From contig JADFYD010000003.1 of the NCBI GenBank assembly GCA_015233235.1, forward strand, positions 1 to 42,578: a stretch of 42,578 nt of DNA, in the 5' to 3' direction. Positions 20,250 to 28,177 of this stretch are shown here, piece by piece; positions within the stretch are counted from its first letter, which is position 1; every line of letters starts with the position of its first letter. This DNA comes from Candidatus Omnitrophota bacterium. Its GTDB lineage: Bacteria; Omnitrophota; Gorgyraeia; Tantalellales; Tantalellaceae. The translations under genes and the position numbers were made by a program. Under the pieces are notes generated by a model. That model saw nothing but the letters and a program-made list of their open reading frames with translations. It did not search any database and was not told where the DNA came from.

Positions 20250-20966
20250 ATGATCATCATACACGACCATAGGATACCCGGGAAATACCTCGATATTCTG
20301 AAGTGCAAGATTTCAGGTGCCGTATGGTGTCCTTTTGAGTGTCCCGCCTCAAGGACCTATGAGTCGATCAAATCCCATCCGGACATACATTTTTTTAAAC
20401 TTGATAAAAATTCCGTCGTGTATTCGCCATCGGTCGGCGACGAGACTTTGCGTTTACTGGCGCGCGCCGGTATTAATCTCTTCCCCGGCCTCGAGACGCC
20501 CGGGGCGGAATACCCCGCGTCGTCAAAATATAATGCCGTGCGGGTGGGGCGGAAGGTGTTTCATAATTTTAAGCATACCGATAAGTCGGTGCTTGAACAG
20601 ATAGACGCGCTGAAATTGGAGAAGATCGGTGTAAAGCAGGGTTATACTAAGTGCGCCGTGCTTCTGGTCGGAGATAGTGCGATGATAACTTCTGACACGG
20701 GCATTTCAAAGGCGGGAATCGCTTCAGGTATTGATGTATTGAAAGTGGGGCCGGGTGGCGTCACGCTTGAAGGCGAAAAATGCGGATTTATAGGAGGGGC
20801 TTCCGGAAACTTGCCGTCTGGTGCCACTATCGTCCTGGGGGACTTAAAATATCATACGGACTGCCTGAAAATAACAAGTTTCTTTTCCAGGCAAAAGATT
20901 GATCTCATTTGTTGCGATGGTTTGCCGATTTATGATGCGGGAAGCCTTCTTGTTTTGGATAATTGA
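20250..20966 (+). CDS. Hypothetical protein (possibly a pentein/GME-fold DUF)
   Basis: 238-aa ORF in the same operon-like chain. The motifs SHPDIHFF, GYTKCAVLLVGD, CGFIGGASG and YDAGSLLVL remind me of a guanidino-modifying-enzyme-fold DUF family. That assignment is from memory only. Confidence 0.55.
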   Translation: MIIIHDHRIPGKYLDILKCKISGAVWCPFECPASRTYESIKSHPDIHFFKLDKNSVVYSPSVGDETLRLLARAGINLFPGLETPGAEYPASSKYNAVRVGRKVFHNFKHTDKSVLEQIDALKLEKIGVKQGYTKCAVLLVGDSAMITSDTGISKAGIASGIDVLKVGPGGVTLEGEKCGFIGGASGNLPSGATIVLGDLKYHTDCLKITSFFSRQKIDLICCDGLPIYDAGSLLVLDN

Positions 20967-20976
20967 TGATATACTT

Positions 20977-20997
20977 GATTGCGGTTCTGCCGCAATC
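20977..20997 (+). terminator. Stem-loop after the DUF gene (possible terminator, no T-tract)
   Basis: GATTGCGG-TTCTG-CCGCAATC forms a perfect 8-bp stem 11 nt after the stop codon. It is not followed by a U-run. Confidence 0.3.
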
Positions 20998-21035
20998 GGA
21001 CGGACCTCTACAACAGATAGAACACGGTGAGATGA

Positions 21036-21377
21036 ATGCAGATCAAACATGAAAAAAGGAACGGCGCTATCATTTGCCGCATCGAAGGGCAGATAAACAT
21101 CAATACGTCCGAGGCACTTTCCGTATTTTTTGACAATTTTGCGGGTTTTTCCGGGCAAAAAGTGCTTTTGAATTTTTCAAAAGTTGAATACATAGACAGC
21201 ATGGGGATGGCCACGGTCATAAAGATCCATAAGAAATGCCTTGCTTCCGGTTCCTCGCTCGTCTTGTCAGATGTACCGCCTAAAATAGGCAGTATTTTTA
21301 AGATCACAAAAGTTGACAGAGTATTCAGCATCTTTCCGACTGAGCAGGAAGCGCTGAACAGTTTTATTAAAGCGTAA
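21036..21377 (+). CDS. STAS-domain anti-sigma-factor antagonist (SpoIIAA/RsbV-like)
   Basis: 113 aa. A typical STAS pattern, with the phosphorylatable Ser in VEYIDSMGMATV. Confidence 0.85.
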   Translation: MQIKHEKRNGAIICRIEGQININTSEALSVFFDNFAGFSGQKVLLNFSKVEYIDSMGMATVIKIHKKCLASGSSLVLSDVPPKIGSIFKITKVDRVFSIFPTEQEALNSFIKA

Positions 21378-21380
21378 AAA

Positions 21381-22073
21381 ATGATACGTAAATATTTAAA
21401 TTTTTCTTCCAGACTTAGGACCGCCTATAAGAACCTTAAGAAGTCTTATAAGGAAGTCAAAGATTCATATGCGGAGATGATATTCCGTATGGCCCTTGTG
21501 GCTGAGCTTAAGGACGATACGACAGGAACACACCTTGTCAGGATCGCGGATTACAGCACGGAACTAGCCGCGGGGCTGGGTCTCGCTCATAAGACCATCG
21601 AATTGATCAAATATGCCAGCCCTATGCACGACATAGGTAAACTGGTTATTACCGATAACATTCTCAAAAAACCCGGCAAACTTACTTCGGAAGAAAGAAT
21701 GATCATGGAGAAACACACCATTTTTGGTGCGGATATTTTTGAAGGGAGTAAGGCGGAACTGCTTATAATGGCGCAAGATATCTGCATTACGCATCATGAG
21801 AAATATGACGGCAGCGGGTATCCCTACAAAAAAAAGGGCGAGGAGATATCTCTTGCAGGCAGGATCGTTGCTGTCGCCGACGTATTTGACGCACTTACAA
21901 ACGCCAGGCCATACAAGAATTCCATTGATTTTGATGTTGCGGTGGATATGCTTAGTGAAGAGTCCGGAAAACATTTTGATCCTAAAGTTATTGCTGCCTT
22001 TATGAAGAACATCCCAAAGATCCGCAAAATATGGCAAGCCACAAAGGACATAGATAGCTTTGTAAATACATGA
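21381..22073 (+). CDS. HD-GYP domain protein (predicted c-di-GMP phosphodiesterase), stand-alone
   Basis: 230 aa. HD motifs GTHLVRIADY and PMHDIGK, and the GYP motif HHEKYDGSGYPYK, are present. There is no receiver or sensor domain. The start lies 4 nt after the STAS stop. Confidence 0.85.
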   Translation: MIRKYLNFSSRLRTAYKNLKKSYKEVKDSYAEMIFRMALVAELKDDTTGTHLVRIADYSTELAAGLGLAHKTIELIKYASPMHDIGKLVITDNILKKPGKLTSEERMIMEKHTIFGADIFEGSKAELLIMAQDICITHHEKYDGSGYPYKKKGEEISLAGRIVAVADVFDALTNARPYKNSIDFDVAVDMLSEESGKHFDPKVIAAFMKNIPKIRKIWQATKDIDSFVNT

Positions 22074-22081
22074 AAAAATAA

Positions 22082-22110
22082 TTGACAAAAAACAAAAGTA
22101 ATACTATGAT
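22082..22110 (+). promoter_or_regulatory. Sigma70-type promoter for the ECF sigma operon
   Basis: TTGACA (22082-22087), an exact 17-nt spacer, then TATGAT (22105-22110). Confidence 0.6.
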
Positions 22111-22111
22111 A

Positions 22112-22163
22112 CTCCTGCTGGGGCGGCGGTGCCGCAAGGGATCCCGGCGAGGAGCGGGTTTTT
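22112..22163 (+). promoter_or_regulatory. GC-rich structured leader that can sequester the SD of the ECF sigma gene
   Basis: CUCCUGCUGGG (22112-22122) pairs with CCCGGCGAGGAG (22143-22154, one bulge), which covers the SD GAGGAG (22149-22154). An inner hairpin GCGGC-GGU-GCCGC sits at 22123-22135. The structure is followed by CGGGUUUUU and the GTG start at 22164. Confidence 0.45.
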
Positions 22164-22796
22164 GTGGTCGATAGAACAGAACTCATAAACAGATGTGTTG
22201 CCGGAGACAGGGAGGCGTGGGGTTCTTTTCACGCAGTTTATAAAGGCCTGGTTGAAAAGAGCGTGGAATACAAGCTGAATAAGATGAAAGTCAGGTTCCG
22301 GCTGGATATGCACGCGGATATAGTGCAGGAAATATTTCTGGATATCTGGGAGAAAAACAAGTTGGCGCGACTTGAGAACATTGCTACTCTTGAATGCTGG
22401 CTGTCTATGATTTCGGTCAATGCCACGATAAATTACTGCAAAAAAAACCTTTTCAAGCGAAGCGGGTCAATTATTTCGCTTGAAGAGGAAGTTACGGACA
22501 GAGGACTTGACGGATCGAAAACTTTGCTTAAGCAGATATTGCCGGGCAGCTCTTTTACCGCGGAAGATGAGAGCATCGCCAGTGAAATGAAATGTTTTAT
22601 CGAAGAGGAAATAGGTAATTTGGACGCGAAGAAGAAATTGGCGTTCAAACTCAATGCGTATCACGGTAAGACTTTTAAGGACATCGGAGAGATGATGAAT
22701 ATTCCGACAAATACCGTAGCGACATTGGTCCGGAGAGTAAAAGGAGACTTGTCAGAAAAAATCTCAAAATATTTTGAACTAAAGTGCCTCGAATAA
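22164..22796 (+). CDS. ECF-type RNA polymerase sigma factor (sigma-70 family, regions 2 and 4)
   Basis: 210 aa with a GTG start. Region 2-like segments are DIVQEIFLDIWEK and WLSMISVNATINYCKK. The region 4 HTH is GKTFKDIGEMMNIPTNTVATLVRRVK. Confidence 0.8.
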   Translation: MVDRTELINRCVAGDREAWGSFHAVYKGLVEKSVEYKLNKMKVRFRLDMHADIVQEIFLDIWEKNKLARLENIATLECWLSMISVNATINYCKKNLFKRSGSIISLEEEVTDRGLDGSKTLLKQILPGSSFTAEDESIASEMKCFIEEEIGNLDAKKKLAFKLNAYHGKTFKDIGEMMNIPTNTVATLVRRVKGDLSEKISKYFELKCLE

Positions 22797-22824
22797 TTGT
22801 CTATATTAGTAGGGGGTGAGTGCT

Positions 22825-23262
22825 ATGAAAAGTAGATTGTGTTTATCCGAAGAGGTGCTGAGCGGATATATGGCCGGCTGCGGGGATAAGGAAGAAAGGG
22901 CGAGAATAGAGGAACATCTTGCTGATTGCATTTCCTGCCGTGAACTCGTCCTGGACGCCCATGAGATACTAAAAAAGAATAAAACTTCCGCTTTTTGGAA
23001 GGATTTGGCGTTTGCCCTGATACTTCACAGGTGGTTTTTTGTTTCGTTTACCTGCTTTATCTTATCGTTCATAATGCGTAAATACTTTATCCAATGCCTG
23101 ATGGCCAGTCTCATAATGGGTATGAAATGGGCGTTGGACCTTAAAACCGTGAAGATGCTCATAACGGTCTACGAAAACTTAAGACAAGAGAGAACAACCG
23201 ACCCCGCTAAAAAATACGAAGGACATACAAAAGTACCTACGCCTCCCGATATCCGGCCTTGA
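22825..23262 (+). CDS. Zinc-binding (ZAS-type) anti-sigma factor, membrane-anchored
   Basis: The H-x3-C-x2-C motif HLADCISC is followed by hydrophobic segments. The gene lies immediately downstream of the ECF sigma. I chose ATG 22825, preceded by AGGGGG. GTG 22816 is an alternative. Confidence 0.7.
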   Translation: MKSRLCLSEEVLSGYMAGCGDKEERARIEEHLADCISCRELVLDAHEILKKNKTSAFWKDLAFALILHRWFFVSFTCFILSFIMRKYFIQCLMASLIMGMKWALDLKTVKMLITVYENLRQERTTDPAKKYEGHTKVPTPPDIRP

Positions 23263-23265
23263 AAC

Positions 23266-23294
23266 TTGCAATAAATAAAACTTGAGGGTAAAAT
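23266..23294 (+). promoter_or_regulatory. Sigma70-type promoter upstream of the PDZ/HAMP/FecR/HD-GYP genes
   Basis: TTGCAA (23266-23271), a 17-nt spacer, then TAAAAT (23289-23294). A small hairpin AACCCAA-CTT-TTGGGTT follows at 23309-23325. Confidence 0.5.
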
Positions 23295-23388
23295 AACAGT
23301 GTGTATTTAACCCAACTTTTGGGTTTATACAATGTTAACGTGATCGTCGCGTGAACTGCTTGAAAGAGTTTTGAAGGCAGGGGGTCAT

Positions 23389-24372
23389 ATGAAGGCTTTT
23401 GGTTTTTTTGCCTTGGTAACTGCTGTAACCGTGTTTATTATACTGGTGTTCAAACTTAACAGTTCAGCTGATACGGTGGTTTTAAAAAACAACGCCAAGG
23501 AAAAGGGTGTGGTCGTTGAGGAATACGGAGACAGGGTGATACTCTCCACGATCGACGGCGAAAAAACCCTTATGAAAAGCGATATACAAGACATAATTTA
23601 CGATCTTGAGGAACAAAACCTTACCAAATTGGGTGATTATTATCAGGACAAGAGAATGTACTCGAAAGCCAGGTACTATTACGAAAAGGCGCTCAAGATA
23701 AATTCTAAATATAAACCGGCGCAAAACGGTATGAATTTTGTCAGTATACATATGCAACAGACTGACAGTTTGAAAAAAATGCAGGATATCAGCCGTTTAA
23801 ATATTGAGGAAGGTTGGACAAAGAACACTAAGAAGGCCGGCGATGATGTCAGCAACGAAGGCATTATCGATAAAGATCTTGGTTTGAAATTTAAGACCGG
23901 TAATGGCACATTTGAGATAAAGGCTGTGCGCGAAGGTTCTCCGGCCTATGCGGCCGAGCTTAGAAAGGGTGATAAGGTCCTGGCCATTTGGGGGAGAGGC
24001 ATAAGCTATATGGAGCCTAAAGAAGTTCTGGAACGACTTGTCAGTATTGGATCTATGGATGTTCAGCTGACATTGGAAAGGAAATGTGAAATAAGCCTTC
24101 CGCGCGAAAAAAAGAACTACAGCGATGCTCTGGGTTTAAAATTCAGTTTTTCGGAGATGGATGGGCTTAAAACTGACGGAGTCAGGGAAGGATCTCTGGC
24201 CGCTAAGACAGGCATTAAAGACGGAGATATTTTGACCGAGATCGAAGGCAAAAAAACGAGGTATATGCCTTTGGATGAGGTAATAGGGATAGTCGGGAAC
24301 TGTGCCGGGAAAAAGGTAACTTTGACGGTAAAGCGTGATGTCTCTGTTTGGAAAAAAATAGTCGCTAAATGA
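23389..24372 (+). CDS. Membrane-anchored TPR + tandem PDZ domain protein (no protease domain)
   Basis: The N-terminal hydrophobic anchor is FGFFALVTAVTVFIILVF. A TPR-like segment is YYQDKRMYSKARYYYEKALKIN. There are two PDZ-like segments (EIKAVREGSPAYAAELRKGDKVLAI; GVREGSLAAKTGIKDGDILTEIEG). I chose ATG 23389 after AGGGGG. Confidence 0.75.
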   Translation: MKAFGFFALVTAVTVFIILVFKLNSSADTVVLKNNAKEKGVVVEEYGDRVILSTIDGEKTLMKSDIQDIIYDLEEQNLTKLGDYYQDKRMYSKARYYYEKALKINSKYKPAQNGMNFVSIHMQQTDSLKKMQDISRLNIEEGWTKNTKKAGDDVSNEGIIDKDLGLKFKTGNGTFEIKAVREGSPAYAAELRKGDKVLAIWGRGISYMEPKEVLERLVSIGSMDVQLTLERKCEISLPREKKNYSDALGLKFSFSEMDGLKTDGVREGSLAAKTGIKDGDILTEIEGKKTRYMPLDEVIGIVGNCAGKKVTLTVKRDVSVWKKIVAK

Positions 24373-24425
24373 TAAGTGTTAAGACATTCACTAACTGAAC
24401 ATTAATTTGCGCAAGGGGGAGTTGT

Positions 24426-24968
24426 ATGCCGGCCGTAAAGTACAGGCGTAAAAATTATCTGATCTTGCTTAAGTTCCAAGCTAAGTACATATTTTATATC
24501 CTCTTTTTCCTATACATCGGTGCGGCCGTCGCCGGATACACCGTGTATTGGACAACATGGGTCACTTTAGGGGAAAAGCTTGCCAACGTGTATCCGCGCG
24601 GCAGGCTGATCTATATATTCCACGCGGCTAATATGACGCTTCTACTCAGGATAGCTCTTCTTACTCCGGTTTTTATTATAATAGGGATCTTGTTGTCGCA
24701 TAGGATCGCCGGGCCTATTTACAGGCTGGGTCTTTACGTAGAAGCGCTAAAGAAAAACGACTTTTCCAGACCTCTTACTCTCAGGAAGAATGACGAATTG
24801 CAGGGTCTTGCCAAGAAAATGACTGAATTGTGTGATTGTATGCGCGAGAAAAAAGAGGCGAGGGATAAAATTATCCAGGAAATAAAATCTTCCGTGGACA
24901 AAAGCGGTGCCTCTCCCGAGCATGTTAAGGATATTTCCGAAAAACTGGAAAAAGTTAAGATTAGCTAG
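24426..24968 (+). CDS. Small two-TM HAMP-domain membrane protein
   Basis: 180 aa. Two hydrophobic helices are followed by a HAMP-like SHRIAGPIYRLGLYVEALKKNDFSRPLTLRKNDELQGLAKKM. Confidence 0.65.
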   Translation: MPAVKYRRKNYLILLKFQAKYIFYILFFLYIGAAVAGYTVYWTTWVTLGEKLANVYPRGRLIYIFHAANMTLLLRIALLTPVFIIIGILLSHRIAGPIYRLGLYVEALKKNDFSRPLTLRKNDELQGLAKKMTELCDCMREKKEARDKIIQEIKSSVDKSGASPEHVKDISEKLEKVKIS

Positions 24969-24969
24969 C

Positions 24970-25845
24970 ATGTTCCCGCGTGACATGATGAAAAACTCAT
25001 TTTTCGGAATATTGGCCTTTCTGTTTTTTATTTCTATCGCTCCAGTCGTTTCGGCAGAGACGACGAGCGCCTTTGTATTCTCATTCAAGGGCGATGTGAA
25101 AATAGTCCCCGTCGGCAGTAACATAGGCGTCAAGTGCGAAAAAGGCATGGTAGTAAACCCCAACGATTGGATCAAGACCGGACCCGCCTCGGAAGTCACA
25201 TTGTCCTTCGATGAAAACGCAGATAATGTTATCAAGGTTCAGGAGAGCAGCCTTATCATACTTAAAATGGACGGCTACGTAAAAATGCAGCTTCTGAAAG
25301 GAGAACTATATGCCATTCTTGAAGACGTGAAAAAAGACGAAGTATTCAGAGTGATGACACCGTCGGTCGTAGCCGAGTCGACAAGCGCGGGTTGGGGTGT
25401 TTCCGGGGACGGTACTTATACAAAAACAGTGGTGATAGACGGCCAGGCGTATGTATGCGGTATTAACAAGGATGGTACGCCGAGTGAGAAAAAATACCAA
25501 GTGGGTTCCGGCTATCAACGGAAAACCGCGCTTTACAAAGACCCCGGGGCCCAGGAAGAGGCGCCGCAGGAAGTTGTGAGCTGGTTTAAAGAGCAGGTCA
25601 TCGCACATCACCTGGAAAAAGAAATTTATAAGAAAACGAAATCGGAAAACTCAGCGAAAGTTTCCGGCGGGGATGTGATCATCGCTGACGGTGAGAAGGT
25701 GAACATAGTGGACTATATCTACAAAAAAAGGCTGGAAAATATGTCTAGGGCCGGAACGTCGGCAGAAGGGAAATCACCGAGTGGCGGTAGCGAGACACCC
25801 GACAAGAGCGGTCAGGAGACTAAAAAGACAACAAAGGCAGTCTAG
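24970..25845 (+). CDS. Secreted FecR-domain protein
   Basis: A signal-peptide-like N-terminus (FFGILAFLFFISIAPVVSA) is followed by a FecR-like beta region (FKGDVKIV...DWIKTGPASEVTLSF). The start is ambiguous among ATG 24970, 24985 and 24988. The track start 24907 overlaps the previous gene. Confidence 0.7.
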   Translation: MFPRDMMKNSFFGILAFLFFISIAPVVSAETTSAFVFSFKGDVKIVPVGSNIGVKCEKGMVVNPNDWIKTGPASEVTLSFDENADNVIKVQESSLIILKMDGYVKMQLLKGELYAILEDVKKDEVFRVMTPSVVAESTSAGWGVSGDGTYTKTVVIDGQAYVCGINKDGTPSEKKYQVGSGYQRKTALYKDPGAQEEAPQEVVSWFKEQVIAHHLEKEIYKKTKSENSAKVSGGDVIIADGEKVNIVDYIYKKRLENMSRAGTSAEGKSPSGGSETPDKSGQETKKTTKAV

Positions 25846-25846
25846 C

Positions 25847-27682
25847 ATGAAAAACAAGAATGTAAGCATACGAATAAAACTTTTGGCGACAACGATATCC
25901 GTACTGTTCCTGGTTGTCGCCGCAACTGCCGCAGTGAATATTACGCAATTCAAGGAAGTCTGCATTGAGGCTCTTTTTGAACGCGCCAGGGCCGATGCTC
26001 AGGATCTACGCGAAGCTGTTCAACAGGGCCTGCAATATTTTTCGTTGGATAGTTTTTCCGATATGACGCAGTTATTAAACCTGCATCTCCATAAAAAATT
26101 CAGCTACTCGTATATCGCCGACAATAAGAACATTATCCTATATCACAGCGACGGAAAAACCAAGGGTGTAAAGCTTGACCCCAGGATATACGAGAAACTT
26201 AAATTCAGCGATAAAGTGAACAGCGTGATCATCCCTACCGGGAAATATTATGAGTGCGTAATACCAATAGTTTCCGACTTTGATGTTAAAGGGACGATAC
26301 ATATCGGCATACAGAATAAGACCGTCGATGACATGGCGCTGGGCCTTATCGTCAAGAATGTGGGGATACTGATAATAGCTCTTCTTGTCGCGGTTATGTG
26401 CCTTTTATATCTTTTGACTAAAAATTTCACAAAACCTATTTCGGAACTGGCGAAAAAAGTTGACTATATCAATTCCAGGTTCAATCTGCAAAAACAGGTT
26501 AAGGAGGCTGCGGGAGATGAGCTCAAGGAGTTTGGTGTTTCATTTGAGCTTATGACAAAGGAGCTCGAGGAAAAAACGGTTTCAAGGGATTATGTGAAGA
26601 ATATTATCGAGAACATGAACGACGCGCTCTTTGTGTTAAGCGTTACGGGAAAAATAATCACTCTCAACAGGGCCGGTAAAGTTTTGCTGAACAGCACCGA
26701 AGAAAAGATCCTCGGTAGATCTTTCGGCGATATTGTTACCGACGGTGAATATATTTTCAAAGAAAAAGGTATAATTGATTTTTCAAGGTCCGGCGAGAGC
26801 AGGAATTTCGAAACAAAAATCAAAGCCGCCGGCGGGCAGCTGGTGCCGGTTCTCCTGAGTACGGCTGAAATATCCGGAGAAAAAACCAGTGAAAAAAACA
26901 TAATTTGCGCGGTGAAGGATATTACGGATATTAAAAAAGCGCAAATGTTGCTGCAAAGGGCACATGATGAGCTCGAAAAAAGAGTTGAAGAGAGAACGGC
27001 TGAACTTGCGGACGCCAACATGAAGTTGAACCTGGATATAATCCAGCGTCAGAGGATAGAAAAACAGCTTCGTAAGAGCTACGAGGAAATGGAAATGACT
27101 TTCAGGGGTAGTGTTCAGGCGCTGGCGAAAGCGGTAGAATCAAGGGACCCGTATACCGCCGGCCACCAGGAAAGGGTAGCTGCGCTTGCCTGTGCCATTG
27201 CGAGAGAAATGAATTTGAAAGAATCCACCGTGAATGAGATCTATATGTCAGGAGTCAGCCATGATATAGGAAAAATAGGGATTCCGATGGAGATCTTGAA
27301 TAAAAAAGAACGGTTGACCGACGAGGAATTCGCGAAGATCAAAACCCATCCGCAAGTCGGTTATGATATTTTGAAGGCGATAGAGTTTCCCTGGCCGTTA
27401 GCCAAAATTGTGCTTCAGCATCACGAGCGTATGGACGGTTCCGGGTATCCTAATGGTTTGGTCAATGAGGACATACTTTTAGAAGCCAAGATCATTGCGG
27501 TGGCGGATGTGGTAGAAGCCATGGCATTTGCAAGACCCTACAGAGGCGCTCTGGGGGTAGACAGAGCCTTAGAAGAGATCATGAAAAATAAAGGCAAACT
27601 CTATGATCAGGCTGTAGCGGACGCATGCGAGGCGGTTATAAAAAATAAAAAGTTTGAATTTAGCATAGAGAAGACGGAGTGA
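25847..27682 (+). CDS. Membrane sensor: periplasmic domain-HAMP-PAS-coiled coil-HD-GYP phosphodiesterase
   Basis: I chose ATG 25847, 2 nt after the previous stop. Two TM segments flank a ~150-aa extracytoplasmic region. The PAS-like segment is IIENMNDALFVLSVTGKIITLNRAGKVLL. HD-GYP motifs are HQERVAALACAIA, SHDIGK and HHERMDGSGYPNG. Confidence 0.85.
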   Translation: MKNKNVSIRIKLLATTISVLFLVVAATAAVNITQFKEVCIEALFERARADAQDLREAVQQGLQYFSLDSFSDMTQLLNLHLHKKFSYSYIADNKNIILYHSDGKTKGVKLDPRIYEKLKFSDKVNSVIIPTGKYYECVIPIVSDFDVKGTIHIGIQNKTVDDMALGLIVKNVGILIIALLVAVMCLLYLLTKNFTKPISELAKKVDYINSRFNLQKQVKEAAGDELKEFGVSFELMTKELEEKTVSRDYVKNIIENMNDALFVLSVTGKIITLNRAGKVLLNSTEEKILGRSFGDIVTDGEYIFKEKGIIDFSRSGESRNFETKIKAAGGQLVPVLLSTAEISGEKTSEKNIICAVKDITDIKKAQMLLQRAHDELEKRVEERTAELADANMKLNLDIIQRQRIEKQLRKSYEEMEMTFRGSVQALAKAVESRDPYTAGHQERVAALACAIAREMNLKESTVNEIYMSGVSHDIGKIGIPMEILNKKERLTDEEFAKIKTHPQVGYDILKAIEFPWPLAKIVLQHHERMDGSGYPNGLVNEDILLEAKIIAVADVVEAMAFARPYRGALGVDRALEEIMKNKGKLYDQAVADACEAVIKNKKFEFSIEKTE

Positions 27683-28157
27683 ATATGGCGGACGGCTTGT
27701 CCGAGAAGAAGTTTGATGAAAGTGCAAAACATGCCGGTGCTCTTCTGGATGAGTCTATAGAGAAGCTCAAAGAGACACGTGATGCTTTGAGAGAGAGCGA
27801 GGAAAGGCATAGGAGACTGGTACAAGCTATCCCCGATATCCTCTTTGAGACCACTATCGAAGGAAAGTTCTCTTTTTTGAATAAGGCGGTTGAAAGGCTG
27901 GGATATAAGCCACATGAGATATGATAGAGATATTCCAGGACATCACACTGAAACGCAAAGCTGAGGAAAATATGTCGCGGCTCTTCAAGAGTTTTGAGCA
28001 GATAAAAGACAGCGGCAGTGCCAAGAGCGGCACGGGACTTGGCCTGGCTATTTCAAAAAAAATAATTGAACAGCACAAAGGAAAGATCTGGGCCGAGTCT
28101 AAGTGGGGAACCGGTTCGGAATTTCAATTTATGGTTCCTCTGAAACATGCTACTTGA
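27679..28157 (+). pseudogene. Decayed sensor histidine kinase remnant (PAS start + PAS end + last third of HATPase_c, split by a frameshift)
   Basis: ORF 27679-27924 encodes a coiled coil plus only the first ~35 aa of a PAS domain (RLVQAIPDILFETTIEGKFSFLNKAVERLGYKPHEI). The overlapping ORF 27921-28157 begins with a PAS C-terminal tag (FQDITLKRKAEE). It then jumps straight to the HATPase_c G2 box region (GTGLGLAISKKIIEQHKGKIWAES..GSEF.F..P). The HisKA/DHp domain and the N and G1 boxes are missing. Confidence 0.6.
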
Positions 28158-28177
28158 TTATTTTATGGTTTTCACGA

